A stretch of DNA of 45,349 nucleotides from Thermoplasmata archaeon. GTDB taxonomy: Archaea > Thermoplasmatota > Thermoplasmata > Halarchaeoplasmatales > Halarchaeoplasmataceae. The number at the start of each line of letters is the position of its first letter. The first letter of the stretch is position 1. The notes under the pieces were generated by a model that was not told the origin of the DNA, did not search any database, and was given only the letters and a program-made list of their open reading frames with translations. Shown one piece after another: positions 1-9,396 of this stretch. Location of the stretch: contig JAFDUB010000002.1 of the NCBI GenBank assembly GCA_019594025.1, forward strand, positions 1 to 45,349. Direction: 5' to 3'. Made by a program: the position numbers and the translations under genes.

Positions 1-147
1 ATCGGTTTTGTAGCTAAAGGGTTGAACCGCAGGTTCATGAGAAAAATACGGAGTATTTTGCGAGCGTTTAGAATTACGATGTATGAGTAATTCCGAACTG
101 AACCCCGCCCCCGACATCGGTTTTGTAGCTAAAGGGTTGAACCGCAG
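1..147. repeat. 32-bp perfect direct repeat (1-32 and 116-147, period 115 bp) with a hairpin-rich spacer; truncated by the window edge
   Basis: ATCGGTTTTGTAGCTAAAGGGTTGAACCGCAG occurs twice. Hairpins: TGAACC-GCA-GGTTCA (23-37), AAAATAC-GGA-GTATTTT (43-59), GAATTAC-N9-GTAATTC (71-93). Confidence 0.9.
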
Positions 148-199
148 ATTGAAAAAAGACGTTACTAATATACAATATATAATAGAGGGGTACAGGAAA

Positions 200-1660
200 C
201 TAACATTTCTTTATATCTACTTTTGATCCGTCCGGGTCATAGATTATGACTTTTGCTGGATCAGGGTGTATGTCGCGCATTTTTTGGTAGTCGGTTTGGT
301 CCTGCCATGTAGATGCGTTGATGAGTAATGTGCCGTGATATTGTGTCACTTCAGTTTTGTGCATGTGCCCGGTTACGAAGATATCCGGCACTTCTTCGAT
401 TACAAGTAAATCCTCTTTTTCCGGAGCAACAGGTGTCTTTTTACCATAGACAGGTACTAGATGCCTTCTTTCCAACATCTCTTTCATAGCAGAACATGGA
501 TAATCAGAACTTACCTGAGGCAGCATGTCTGACAGGTCGTTTATGCTTCCTCCATGATAAGCGAGAATTCGTATATCGCCTATATGTATGAGAGAGGGGT
601 TACCGGAAAAAATTACGTTGCCGGGGAACAATGCCTGGACATCGTCTGGTAGCGAAGGCTGAGGTTCCATGTTACGAACTATGTCGTGATTACCGGGTAT
701 CGCTATTATATTAATTCGATCTGGAATCCGTTCCAGCATTTTTCCCAAGATACGGTATTGTTCGTAAACATCTTTGATCTCCAATTCGTCTTCCTGATTT
801 GGATATATACCTATACCGTCTATTAGGTCCCCAGCGATTATCAGGTATTTGATATCGCGAACTGTTCTATCATTTGACTCCATCCACGATAGAAAACGCT
901 CCCATTTATCCTTCAAGAAAGTAGTACTTCCGATGTGAATATCTCCTATAAAGGCAATCTTTCCATCAACTTCCTTTTTTCTGTTATTTCCATTTCTAGG
1001 AACGCTGGGCCGTATGATATCTTCTATTGAAAAGGTGGTGTCAAATTTGTCCTTTTTACCCCAAACATGTCCGATCGCGATGACGACTTCGTCCTCTAAA
1101 ATGTCTTTGTTGAAGGCTTTACTATCGGATGATATAAAACCTTTCATTTTGCCGGTAGGATCCTCTAGCGTAAGGAATTTATTACCGTTTGAGGACGTGT
1201 TGATATCTCCAACCATTGTTATCATACGTGCTTGACCCTTTCTTTTTTTCACGCTACGAATATTCATTACTCCCTTTGCTTCTCTCCGTTTACCTAGTAT
1301 AGTTTTTAACTTGTGATACCTGTTTAGAAAATAATTGGTAAAATCTTCCAGCTCACCGGTACAAGTTGAATTACCGGTTATATCTAGATCAATTCTTATT
1401 TCACTTACCGCAGGAGGATAAGAACCGACCTTTTTTTCACTCTTTTCATTGGAAGAATTTTCCGATGGTTCCACAAAGGATTCCAAGGAATCACGACCAA
1501 CTGGAAAGGGTAGTTTTTTTGAGCTTTTTACCATTTTACGAACTAAAGAAACTGGGTCCTCTACTGAATCTAAATATTCCCAAGCACCAGGTGAGAGCAA
1601 TGTATTCTTCTCTGCGAATTCTTTTAGAATGGTCTCGCGCATCCCAATCGAATCTACCAT
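200..1660 (-). CDS. polB: DNA polymerase D small subunit DP1 (3'-5' exonuclease); alternative start at 1642
   Basis: OB-fold LEDPTG followed by calcineurin-like phosphoesterase motifs GDIHIGS, AGDLIDGIG, PGNHD, YHG, GHMH and the DP1-typical C-terminal STWQDQTDYQK. Confidence 0.95.
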   Translation of the reverse strand: MVDSIGMRETILKEFAEKNTLLSPGAWEYLDSVEDPVSLVRKMVKSSKKLPFPVGRDSLESFVEPSENSSNEKSEKKVGSYPPAVSEIRIDLDITGNSTCTGELEDFTNYFLNRYHKLKTILGKRREAKGVMNIRSVKKRKGQARMITMVGDINTSSNGNKFLTLEDPTGKMKGFISSDSKAFNKDILEDEVVIAIGHVWGKKDKFDTTFSIEDIIRPSVPRNGNNRKKEVDGKIAFIGDIHIGSTTFLKDKWERFLSWMESNDRTVRDIKYLIIAGDLIDGIGIYPNQEDELEIKDVYEQYRILGKMLERIPDRINIIAIPGNHDIVRNMEPQPSLPDDVQALFPGNVIFSGNPSLIHIGDIRILAYHGGSINDLSDMLPQVSSDYPCSAMKEMLERRHLVPVYGKKTPVAPEKEDLLVIEEVPDIFVTGHMHKTEVTQYHGTLLINASTWQDQTDYQKMRDIHPDPAKVIIYDPDGSKVDIKKC

Positions 1661-1817
1661 GGAAGATGAGGTATTAATTACTTTTTAATTAGAGTCTTAG
1701 CATATCAAAATAGATTTAGGAGTACACGAATTGATTCAAAGGGGCAAAATACTTTATACTGTCGAGAATATTACATTGGCAAATTATAGAATGATAAATG
1801 TTCCAACGGTGACCTAT

Positions 1818-4800
1818 ATGACAAACCGCAGAAGCGTACCTATATGCAAGATTTTTGGGCTAGTAATCGTAACCATGCTTTTACTGGGTGTAGTAACACC
1901 CAGTATATTGTCGACTGGAGGAAGCGATTTAGAGATGGAATCATCCTCCCCGGATGATTTCTTTCCTTCCGATATAATCGGAGATACATGGTATATTGAT
2001 GAAAACGAAACTTTAGAGGGGTCTGTAGACAGGAATATATTCTCTCTAGATGCCAACATCCAGATAAATTCAACTGGTACATTATTTATCAAAGACGCCA
2101 GCTTGATACTGTTGATAGATGGATATCATCCATGGAGAATAACCGTAATGGGTGGAGGAGACTTGGTGCTTCTCAACGGTACAATCAGTACATCGTTAAG
2201 GGACGATACTCTCTTGAGACCGTTCTTGAAGACCAATATAACCGCATATCAAGACTCATCCATAACACTGCTTCAAAACTCTTCTTTCAAATTCCCAGGT
2301 TGGGTTTACCTTGAAGGTGCCACCTTAACCATGAGGGAATCTAGTTTTGACCCGTTGGAATATGTACCTGATTTTGATTATACATGGGGTGTGTCCGATA
2401 AGAGTTTGGGTATCGAGGATAACAACGATTGCCCCCGGTTGATTGCCAATGAGGGATCACACGTTCTGATGGAATCTTCACAAATCAACAATCAGTATAC
2501 AAATCTTAATTTAGGCAGTATGTTTTGGGAACCTGAAGAAATAACTGGGGACTATGATATTACTCCTGAAGGAGATTATATTATAGAGCCTCAAGGAAAT
2601 ATACAGGTGGACGTTTGGGAATTGATCAATCAAAAATTCCCGGCACCAGATATCTACCCTTATCTCAACCCCTTTGATAGGGTAAGTGCGTTATACCTTC
2701 AGGTTGTTTATCGCACCGGAGCGAATTACACGACTAATGACGGCGTGTATTACGAGACCCCATATGAGGTAAAAGAGGCCTTCACTCTTGAAAACCAAGG
2801 TGCGTTCAGCCCCGAGGGAGATAATATATACGAAACAAGCATAAATCAGTTTGGTTTCGATGAAGATAGGTTCATCAAAAATCTCACTGTTACTTTGTCC
2901 AATTCGGAAGATTCTGGCGAAACTGATACAGAGATATACATTAGAACTATTCAATTATATTCCGCCTTCGACAACGATATACACATATGGGATTCAACAA
3001 TGACTGTTATAGATAGCGTTGTAGATATTGACTTTAATCCCAGCGATGTTGACCCACGTCCAGGTGTGACACAGCCTACCGATGATGCCACTTGGATGGC
3101 AAACGCGAATCAAAATCATCGAGTAATTAGATTGCTAAGCGATTCGCATCTCAGAGGTTATGGATTACAACCTACCGATGTTGACCCTCAACCCGACGGT
3201 GATCCTATAGTGGTAACAGATGAGTCGTCAAAGGTTGAAATTTACCGATGGGCTACCATCACACCAAGGGACAAAACCGGTACCCCTATTTCAGGAGTTC
3301 TTCTTAACTACACCAGAGGAGTGGATACTTACAACAACCCGGCTAACAATCTAGAGGCTTGGGATTACCTAAATAGGACCTATAACGTAATATACGATAC
3401 CGCCACAGGGCATTATGTTACAGATGAAAGAGGTGAAACGGTAATGTTTCTATTGAGTGATAACATCACTCATCCAAATGATTGGCCAAACAGTGAGTTC
3501 ACTGGCGAATACAAGCTGAGAGCACTTTATGAAGACGAGGAAGGTGGTGTGGATAAGAACGTCACCGAACGCTCCATAAGCCTACCGGCATTCCCCAACC
3601 TTAAGGAAGAAGCAAATCATATTGAGTTGGATATGGAATTTGACATGGAGATACCACATCCTGACCTTGCGATAGAGGAAGACGACATAGTTTTCCTGGT
3701 TGAAGGGCATGAGGTGAGCTACGTAACCGTTGGAACCAATGTGACAATACAGGTTACCGTTCATAACATAGGAACACTGGAAGCTAACGACATATTGGTA
3801 CACTACTACAAACCAGGAGAAGGACCGGATGATGTCTTGCCACCAGACCTAACGCTAATAGGGAGCTCAACTATAGATAATATACAGGAAGGAGAATCGG
3901 AGGATACGAGTGTTATATGGGCACCAGAGAGTTTCGGTTCCAAAGAGATATACGTTCACGTAGATCCTCATGGAGACATAATCGAACTCAACGAAACAAA
4001 CAATATTGCATCTAAGGTTTTAACGGTGGGAGAAAAAGCCAACCTGGTAGTCGATGAGATATTCTTTGACCCGTCAGCAGAGGTTATAAACGGAACCGAC
4101 GTATACATCGCGGCAGAAGTTGCCAACATAGGTGGTACCGATGTTTACGATGTCAACGTTTCCTTTTATCATGATACGGAATACATCGATACTAGGATAA
4201 TCGATCACCTACCGGGAAATATGACATTCATGATGACGGAACCCATACATTGGGACTATCCCGGACCGGGTGAATACGATATCACCGTGATAATAGACCC
4301 GAACGAGGAGCAAGATGAACAGGATCGGGAAAATAACGAGTTAACAAGAACCATCAACATATTAACTGAACCTGACCTCCTACCGGAGGATTTTTACCTT
4401 AGTCACGAAGAGATATACGACGGAGAAGTACTTACCATAGCAACGAAGGTCAGGAATCAAGGAGAATGGCCCTCTCAGGAAACTGGTGTTACGTTCTACG
4501 TAGATTGGGGTACCGAAACGGAAAATCTCATTGGAACCGTCTATGTTCCTGCTGTTGGAGCTGGTATGGTTTCTGACGAGCTTTCCATCGAATGGGAAGC
4601 TAAACTTATAGAATCTGAGCTTAGTGAGTTCCGAACCATTACGGTGATAGTCAACGAGCCACCTCTTGAGGATAGAGAAGTGATACGGGAAAATAATTAC
4701 GCCAACCAAACGGTAGAAATTCTGAATCCAGCTCACCTTTCCGTGATGCCGGAAGATATTACCTTCTCCACCGAGCTCTCACAAGTGAATCAACCTATGG

Positions 4801-7700
4801 AGATCTTTGCAGAAGTTTATAACACCGGCGGTGAAGACGTAGAGGTAACCGTGCGCTTCTTTGTAGGCGAAACCGTTATCGGGGACGATGTCATCAACGT
4901 TGTCTCACAGGGGAGCTCCACCGCTGTAATGCCATGGACCCCAACCACAAGAGGGAATCATGAGATTACTGTGATAGTTGATCCTGATGAAGAGGTACAC
5001 GAAGTTGACCGACGTTTCAACGAGGCGACCGTAATCAAACCTATATTTAGTGAAAATTACGAGTACGACCTAATAGTCAACGATGATAACACACCTGTTA
5101 CCCGTGGAGAATACAAATCTCCAGGTTTTGTCGTTGTCGAAGAAGGAGGAGAACTCTTTGTGCGTGGTGATCGCGAGCGTGTAGCCTTCGATATGACTCA
5201 GACCAGAGATAACCAATTCAGTATTATAGTACGAGATCAAGGTAGACTGGTCATAGATAATGCTATGATATTCTCAGAGTATCATTTATCTATACTAGTA
5301 ATGGGCTCAGGATCTGTCGAGATAGTTAACAGCAGTATAACATATGAGATGGTAAAGATAGATGCACAGGACAGTGCCAATGTACACGTTCAAGGTTCAA
5401 GTATTCGAGGAGCTGTATCCATGGTTTCAGGGAGTCTGAATACCTTCAGCAGCGAATTTACCTCTACCGATATACACATCAGTCCGGATGAAATACATGC
5501 CGTGAACACTACCTTCGAGGGCAACCTAGACGATTTCCATAACACTGTCGGTTCACTAACGGCGGTTGAAACCGGTGCTATAGGGATGACAGGAGATTCA
5601 TCTATTGAGATACTCAGGTGGTTAGAGATAAAAACAGTAAGTAACAGCAGTATACCTGTCGGGGGTACTGTTGTTAGTATATCTAGCCTGATTACCGATT
5701 ACACTGTTACAGGTACCTCCAACCCGGAGGGAGTAGTTTACCTAGCTGCTTTAACGGATATATTGACTCCTGATGAAACAACTTTTGTAGGGAACTACGA
5801 AATTACCGCCCACTACGCTGAAAACGTAGAAAACTACACCTATGGACCTGAACAGATCGCTTTACCCAACTACCCCTCCCCGCAGCATGTCATTGAGATT
5901 ACATTAAGATTCGAGGATTTAAGGATACCTGATTTAGCTGTTTTTGACGGGGAGTTCCAATCCAACATTACAGCGGTTACGGCAGGAAGAAGAGTGAGGT
6001 TCACAGTTACAGTACATAACCTAGGGATGGCGGATGCGGAAGATGTCAACGTGCGATTTTATCTTATAGGTGAAGATGAGGACGAACTCATAGGCACGTA
6101 CAACATAAACAGAATCTCTAGTATGGAAAACCAAACAGCAACAATTCAGTGGACAGCGACCATGACCGACGAGGATATCAGAGAGGAGATAAAACAGGTA
6201 AGAGTATGGGTCGATCCTGATGTACTTCCCTTAACTGATCCGAACCTAGGTAACAATGAAGCTTTTACACAGATAACAATAAGGTCGCCACCAAGACCTG
6301 AATTCGATCTAACGGATATCATAATTAGGGCCGAGGGAAGACCTATAGAAGATGACACTGTACTGGAAAGGGACGATTTAGACATCAGCGTGCACATAAT
6401 CAACCTCGGTGGAACGATTCTGAGAAATGCCAGTATAGAATTCGACTTCGACCATGACGGCTTCATTGCTAGAAACGTTACAGACATGCCTGTTGACCAT
6501 GTTTTGAATGTTACAGAAACGTGGACTATTGATGTGACTGGAGAAGTCACTATTAGTGTTACTATAAACACAACGTACGACAACATGGTCCTAACCCGAA
6601 CTATATTTGTAGAGGAAATGGCCATGCGCTTTTTGGATGTATCAGTACCTCTCGAAGCTAAAGATATGGGTGAAACCATAACCATTTTAGGGGACCTGGT
6701 AAGAGATATCGATGATAAACCTCTCAGAGGCATGACAGTCTTTGCATACCTTATAGATGAAAACGGCAACGTAGTTGCACAAGGTGAGGAAATAACCGGA
6801 GAGGATGGTTCCTTCCTCATCTCCTTGGTCACACCGGATAGAGGTGGAGATTACAGAGTAAGGCTCACACCGGACCACCCGAGAGGCGAAGAAGCAGAAT
6901 ACACATCTCATAGCTTCGAAGTTATTGACCCAGCCGAGGGTATACCTTTGTGGATGATAGCACTAATAATAATTATCGTCGTAGCGGGTAGTCTGGTAGG
7001 TATGATCCTGTACCTGAAATACAAAGGAGAAGGAGAATGGGTGGAATGCGGCGAATGTGGTTCTACCATACCAGCCGAGTCCAATAATTGTCCGAAGTGC
7101 GGCACTGTGTTCGAGATGGATACAGTCAAGTGCAGTGAATGCGGTGAATGGATATCTGCAGATACTCCTGAATGTCCACACTGCGGAGTAGTATTCATCA
7201 CCACCGGAGAGGAAGTCGAGGATTACAGTGAATCCATGAGAAAACAGTACGCAAAATATGTGAAGAAGAACAGAAGATGGGCAGAAAAAGATCTTGGCAA
7301 ACGTTTAACCAGAGAGGAGTTCTTGGGATGGTGGAAAGAGCAGCCCAGCTATCTAACCTTCGACGAGTGGCTTGAGCAGGAAGAAGCACGAAGAAAGAAA
7401 GGCGGAGTCGAGTGTCCACAGTGTGGAGCGTTGAACAGCGTAGACGATGCCCTTTGTCAGAAATGTGGTACAACTTTAGTGCAATTTACACCCAGCAGGA
7501 AGATGGCCGCAGAGCCCGATGAAGATATCCAGCTTCTTGATCTCGACGACATTGAGAAGATGGGGGATGAAGAAGAGCCAGAAGAGGAACCGGAAGAAGA
7601 GGAACCTCCAAAACGGGTCGGCAAAACGGTTAAGAAACGACCGAAGAGGGTGGCCAAAAAGGTGAAAAAGAAGGTAGTCAATAAGCCTGAAGAAGAATAA
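1818..7700 (+). CDS. Giant cell-surface glycoprotein: signal peptide, beta-helix-like regions, multiple CARDB (Ig-like) domains, one TM helix, cytoplasmic zinc ribbons and charged tail
   Basis: GGTGA RBS (1808-1812) before ATG 1818; hydrophobic N-terminus; repeated PDL..V.N.G..W..VDP..E..E.NN CARDB signature; TM LWMIALIIIIVVAGSLVGMILYL; six CxxC motifs; acidic then Lys-rich tail. Confidence 0.85.
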   Translation: MTNRRSVPICKIFGLVIVTMLLLGVVTPSILSTGGSDLEMESSSPDDFFPSDIIGDTWYIDENETLEGSVDRNIFSLDANIQINSTGTLFIKDASLILLIDGYHPWRITVMGGGDLVLLNGTISTSLRDDTLLRPFLKTNITAYQDSSITLLQNSSFKFPGWVYLEGATLTMRESSFDPLEYVPDFDYTWGVSDKSLGIEDNNDCPRLIANEGSHVLMESSQINNQYTNLNLGSMFWEPEEITGDYDITPEGDYIIEPQGNIQVDVWELINQKFPAPDIYPYLNPFDRVSALYLQVVYRTGANYTTNDGVYYETPYEVKEAFTLENQGAFSPEGDNIYETSINQFGFDEDRFIKNLTVTLSNSEDSGETDTEIYIRTIQLYSAFDNDIHIWDSTMTVIDSVVDIDFNPSDVDPRPGVTQPTDDATWMANANQNHRVIRLLSDSHLRGYGLQPTDVDPQPDGDPIVVTDESSKVEIYRWATITPRDKTGTPISGVLLNYTRGVDTYNNPANNLEAWDYLNRTYNVIYDTATGHYVTDERGETVMFLLSDNITHPNDWPNSEFTGEYKLRALYEDEEGGVDKNVTERSISLPAFPNLKEEANHIELDMEFDMEIPHPDLAIEEDDIVFLVEGHEVSYVTVGTNVTIQVTVHNIGTLEANDILVHYYKPGEGPDDVLPPDLTLIGSSTIDNIQEGESEDTSVIWAPESFGSKEIYVHVDPHGDIIELNETNNIASKVLTVGEKANLVVDEIFFDPSAEVINGTDVYIAAEVANIGGTDVYDVNVSFYHDTEYIDTRIIDHLPGNMTFMMTEPIHWDYPGPGEYDITVIIDPNEEQDEQDRENNELTRTINILTEPDLLPEDFYLSHEEIYDGEVLTIATKVRNQGEWPSQETGVTFYVDWGTETENLIGTVYVPAVGAGMVSDELSIEWEAKLIESELSEFRTITVIVNEPPLEDREVIRENNYANQTVEILNPAHLSVMPEDITFSTELSQVNQPMEIFAEVYNTGGEDVEVTVRFFVGETVIGDDVINVVSQGSSTAVMPWTPTTRGNHEITVIVDPDEEVHEVDRRFNEATVIKPIFSENYEYDLIVNDDNTPVTRGEYKSPGFVVVEEGGELFVRGDRERVAFDMTQTRDNQFSIIVRDQGRLVIDNAMIFSEYHLSILVMGSGSVEIVNSSITYEMVKIDAQDSANVHVQGSSIRGAVSMVSGSLNTFSSEFTSTDIHISPDEIHAVNTTFEGNLDDFHNTVGSLTAVETGAIGMTGDSSIEILRWLEIKTVSNSSIPVGGTVVSISSLITDYTVTGTSNPEGVVYLAALTDILTPDETTFVGNYEITAHYAENVENYTYGPEQIALPNYPSPQHVIEITLRFEDLRIPDLAVFDGEFQSNITAVTAGRRVRFTVTVHNLGMADAEDVNVRFYLIGEDEDELIGTYNINRISSMENQTATIQWTATMTDEDIREEIKQVRVWVDPDVLPLTDPNLGNNEAFTQITIRSPPRPEFDLTDIIIRAEGRPIEDDTVLERDDLDISVHIINLGGTILRNASIEFDFDHDGFIARNVTDMPVDHVLNVTETWTIDVTGEVTISVTINTTYDNMVLTRTIFVEEMAMRFLDVSVPLEAKDMGETITILGDLVRDIDDKPLRGMTVFAYLIDENGNVVAQGEEITGEDGSFLISLVTPDRGGDYRVRLTPDHPRGEEAEYTSHSFEVIDPAEGIPLWMIALIIIIVVAGSLVGMILYLKYKGEGEWVECGECGSTIPAESNNCPKCGTVFEMDTVKCSECGEWISADTPECPHCGVVFITTGEEVEDYSESMRKQYAKYVKKNRRWAEKDLGKRLTREEFLGWWKEQPSYLTFDEWLEQEEARRKKGGVECPQCGALNSVDDALCQKCGTTLVQFTPSRKMAAEPDEDIQLLDLDDIEKMGDEEEPEEEPEEEEPPKRVGKTVKKRPKRVAKKVKKKVVNKPEEE

Positions 7701-7730
7701 AACCCCTTCCATACCCTTTTTTATTTTTTT
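7701..7730 (+). terminator. Archaeal pyrimidine/oligo-T terminator
   Basis: AACCCCTTCCATACCCTTTTTTATTTTTTT directly after the stop codon. Confidence 0.65.
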
Positions 7731-7732
7731 AC

Positions 7733-9090
7733 CTAACTTCAGTGCTAAGACCCCTTCGTTCACGGAGGGGATACAGCACGAGTTTTCCACTTTCGGCGCA
7801 CCCCCTTTTGTAGACTTAAATAGTATCTGATGCATTCAGTATTGACCGACTTAAAGGGTATTATAGAGAATCAAAGGAATAAGATCAATTAACACCTATA
7901 AATTCAAGATCAAAGAGCCAAATCAGGGTAAAGCATACAGCATGAATCAAACTGATAGACAGTATAGAAAAAGTGTTAACTTCTATCTTCATAAAATACA
8001 AGAAGAGGATGTGTGGTATATCGAGAACAAGGGTGGAAAGGATAAAACTAGGTTCCATAAAGGCAAACTTAAAAAGATTTACAGCGATGCTAGAGAACTC
8101 TTCGACCTTCCATCAGCACTCGTACAGACAGCTAGGGATTTTGCCAGGGAACAGTTCAAATCATGGAAGAATAACGATGACAACAAGCGATATCCACATT
8201 TCGACTCATTCATTGCCGTCAGGTATGATAAACGTACGATCTTTTTCAAACAGACTGATGGCCACTTCCAGTTATGGGCTAATATCGCTACTAACAACGG
8301 CAGGGTTAGAGTTCCTCTGACGAGCTGTGAGGAATACATGTCTGTACTCAAGGATGATATGGACCTATTTAAGTAGGCACATCTCATATTTGAAGACGGT
8401 GAGTTCTACCTGAACGTGATTTTTCTTCTCTGGAGATAAATTACAAGAGAAACGTAGAAGGTTCAGAGAGCTTAGAAGAGAATTAGGTAAGAAAAAGCTG
8501 TGGGGGAAACTAAGAGAGACCAAAGACCGTGAAAGCAACTATATTAAGGACATGAATCACAAAATCAGCAGGAAAACAGTTGATATAGCTGAGAAGTATG
8601 ATAATTCAGTAATCGTTATGGAGAAGCTAGAAGGGATAAGGGATAATACTGACAACTCAAAACAGCATAATTGGAAATTACACAACTGGCCGTTCGGTCA
8701 ATTACAGGAGTTCATCACCTATAAAGCTCACAATAGTTCAATTGCTGTGAGAAGAGTCCATCCAGCATATACTTCCCAAGTTTGCAGGGACTGTCTTGGT
8801 AAAACAGAGAGAGCCTCTCAAGCCAGGACAGTTTGTCAATCCTGTAAGAAGGAGTATAACGCTGACTGGCTCGGAGCCAGTAATATTGTAAGAAGATTGT
8901 TCGGCTATATGTCAAACAATCTGGGCGGCAGTGACTACTGCCCTGAACATGGTAGTGAAGAAACTAAAGGTGCCACAGGCTCCACCTTTGGTCTGACTAA
9001 AGGATTTGTGGCACAATTGCAGGTGAGCTAGCCATGAACCTCGAACTTCCTAAAAGGAAGCCTCTCCATTGAGGGAGAGGAGGATGTCAC
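7733..9090 (+). mobile_element. IS200/IS605-family element, tnpB only (IS1341-like), non-autonomous
   Basis: Left: TTTAC (7728-7732), then GTGCT-AAGA-CCCCTTCG-TTCA-CGGAGGGG-ATAC-AGCAC hairpin. Right: GAAG-CCTCTCC-ATTGAG-GGAGAGG-AGGATG-TCAC ending at 9090. Same layout as IS608 ends; no tnpA, TIRs or TSD. Confidence 0.88.
7879..9031 (+). pseudogene. tnpB: RNA-guided endonuclease TnpB, inactivated
   Basis: Frame 1 reads (I)RSINTYKFKIKEPN...DLFK*AHLIFEDGEFYLNVI with in-frame TAG at 8374-8376. It shifts frame near 8420 to FFSGDKLQEKRRRF...NHKISR...VMEKL...YTSQVCRDC...CQSC...NADWLGASNI. The RuvC-I GVDLG segment is missing at the junction; the probable start is now ATA (7879). Confidence 0.92.
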
Positions 9091-9106
9091 TGTATTAGAA
9101 TATTAT
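8890..9106 (+). ncRNA. Putative TnpB omegaRNA/reRNA scaffold plus flanking guide; boundaries approximate
   Basis: Stems overlapping the tnpB 3' end: AGATTGTT/AACAATCT (8894-8922), GGCAGT/ACTGCC (8927-8942), GTGCCACA/TGTGGCAC (8970-9014) enclosing CCTTTGGT/ACTAAAGG, then the right-end hairpin. The guide would begin at 9091 (TGTATTAGAATATTAT). Confidence 0.65.
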
Positions 9107-9396
9107 TTTTTGATTTTGGATGGAATCCTCTTTAAATTAAAAATATTGAATGAAGAAAGGTGCTCCTGCATACAGAAAAAAATGCGACCGCCCTCATTTC
9201 CTAAAATAATATGTAGACGTCTAGTTATCGACGTAAGTAGTTTACCTTTTAACAAACATATCAAGATGGGCGGTCGATTATATACTATAATACCATGGGG
9301 AAGGTTGGGTTCCGTATCTCAAGCTAAAAATTATTTGTATTCACGGTAAACTAGAACGGCTGAGAAGCCCCCAGTATTGTAACATCTAGTAATAAT

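Noticed and set aside
1..147. CRISPR array
   Set aside because: Only two copies are visible, the spacer is 83 bp and strongly structured, there is no typical repeat terminus, and no cas genes are in the window
1..199. Replication origin (ORB repeats) next to DP1
   Set aside because: The repeat does not match the ORB consensus (TCCA-GTGGAAAC plus G-string) and no cdc6/orc1 is visible; not fully excluded without the upstream sequence
1731..1817. Longer N-termini in the ORF track (also 24711, 26685, 32235, 33288)
   Set aside because: Downstream ATGs have RBS or family-typical starts; the extensions run through promoter regions or upstream genes
6146..7835. Antisense ORFs over the giant surface gene, and similar shadow ORFs throughout
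   Set aside because: They lie opposite well-supported genes and have the Ser/Ile/Phe-rich composition expected from the antisense of acidic-protein codons
7879..9031. Domesticated nuclease-dead TnpB (TldR-like), or amber/frameshift recoding
   Set aside because: Several independent lesions including a deletion of RuvC-I, with transposon ends retained, fit decay better than domestication or recoding
9110..9349. 79-aa ORF after the IS right end
   Set aside because: TTG start, no RBS, no recognisable motif, AT-rich spacer composition
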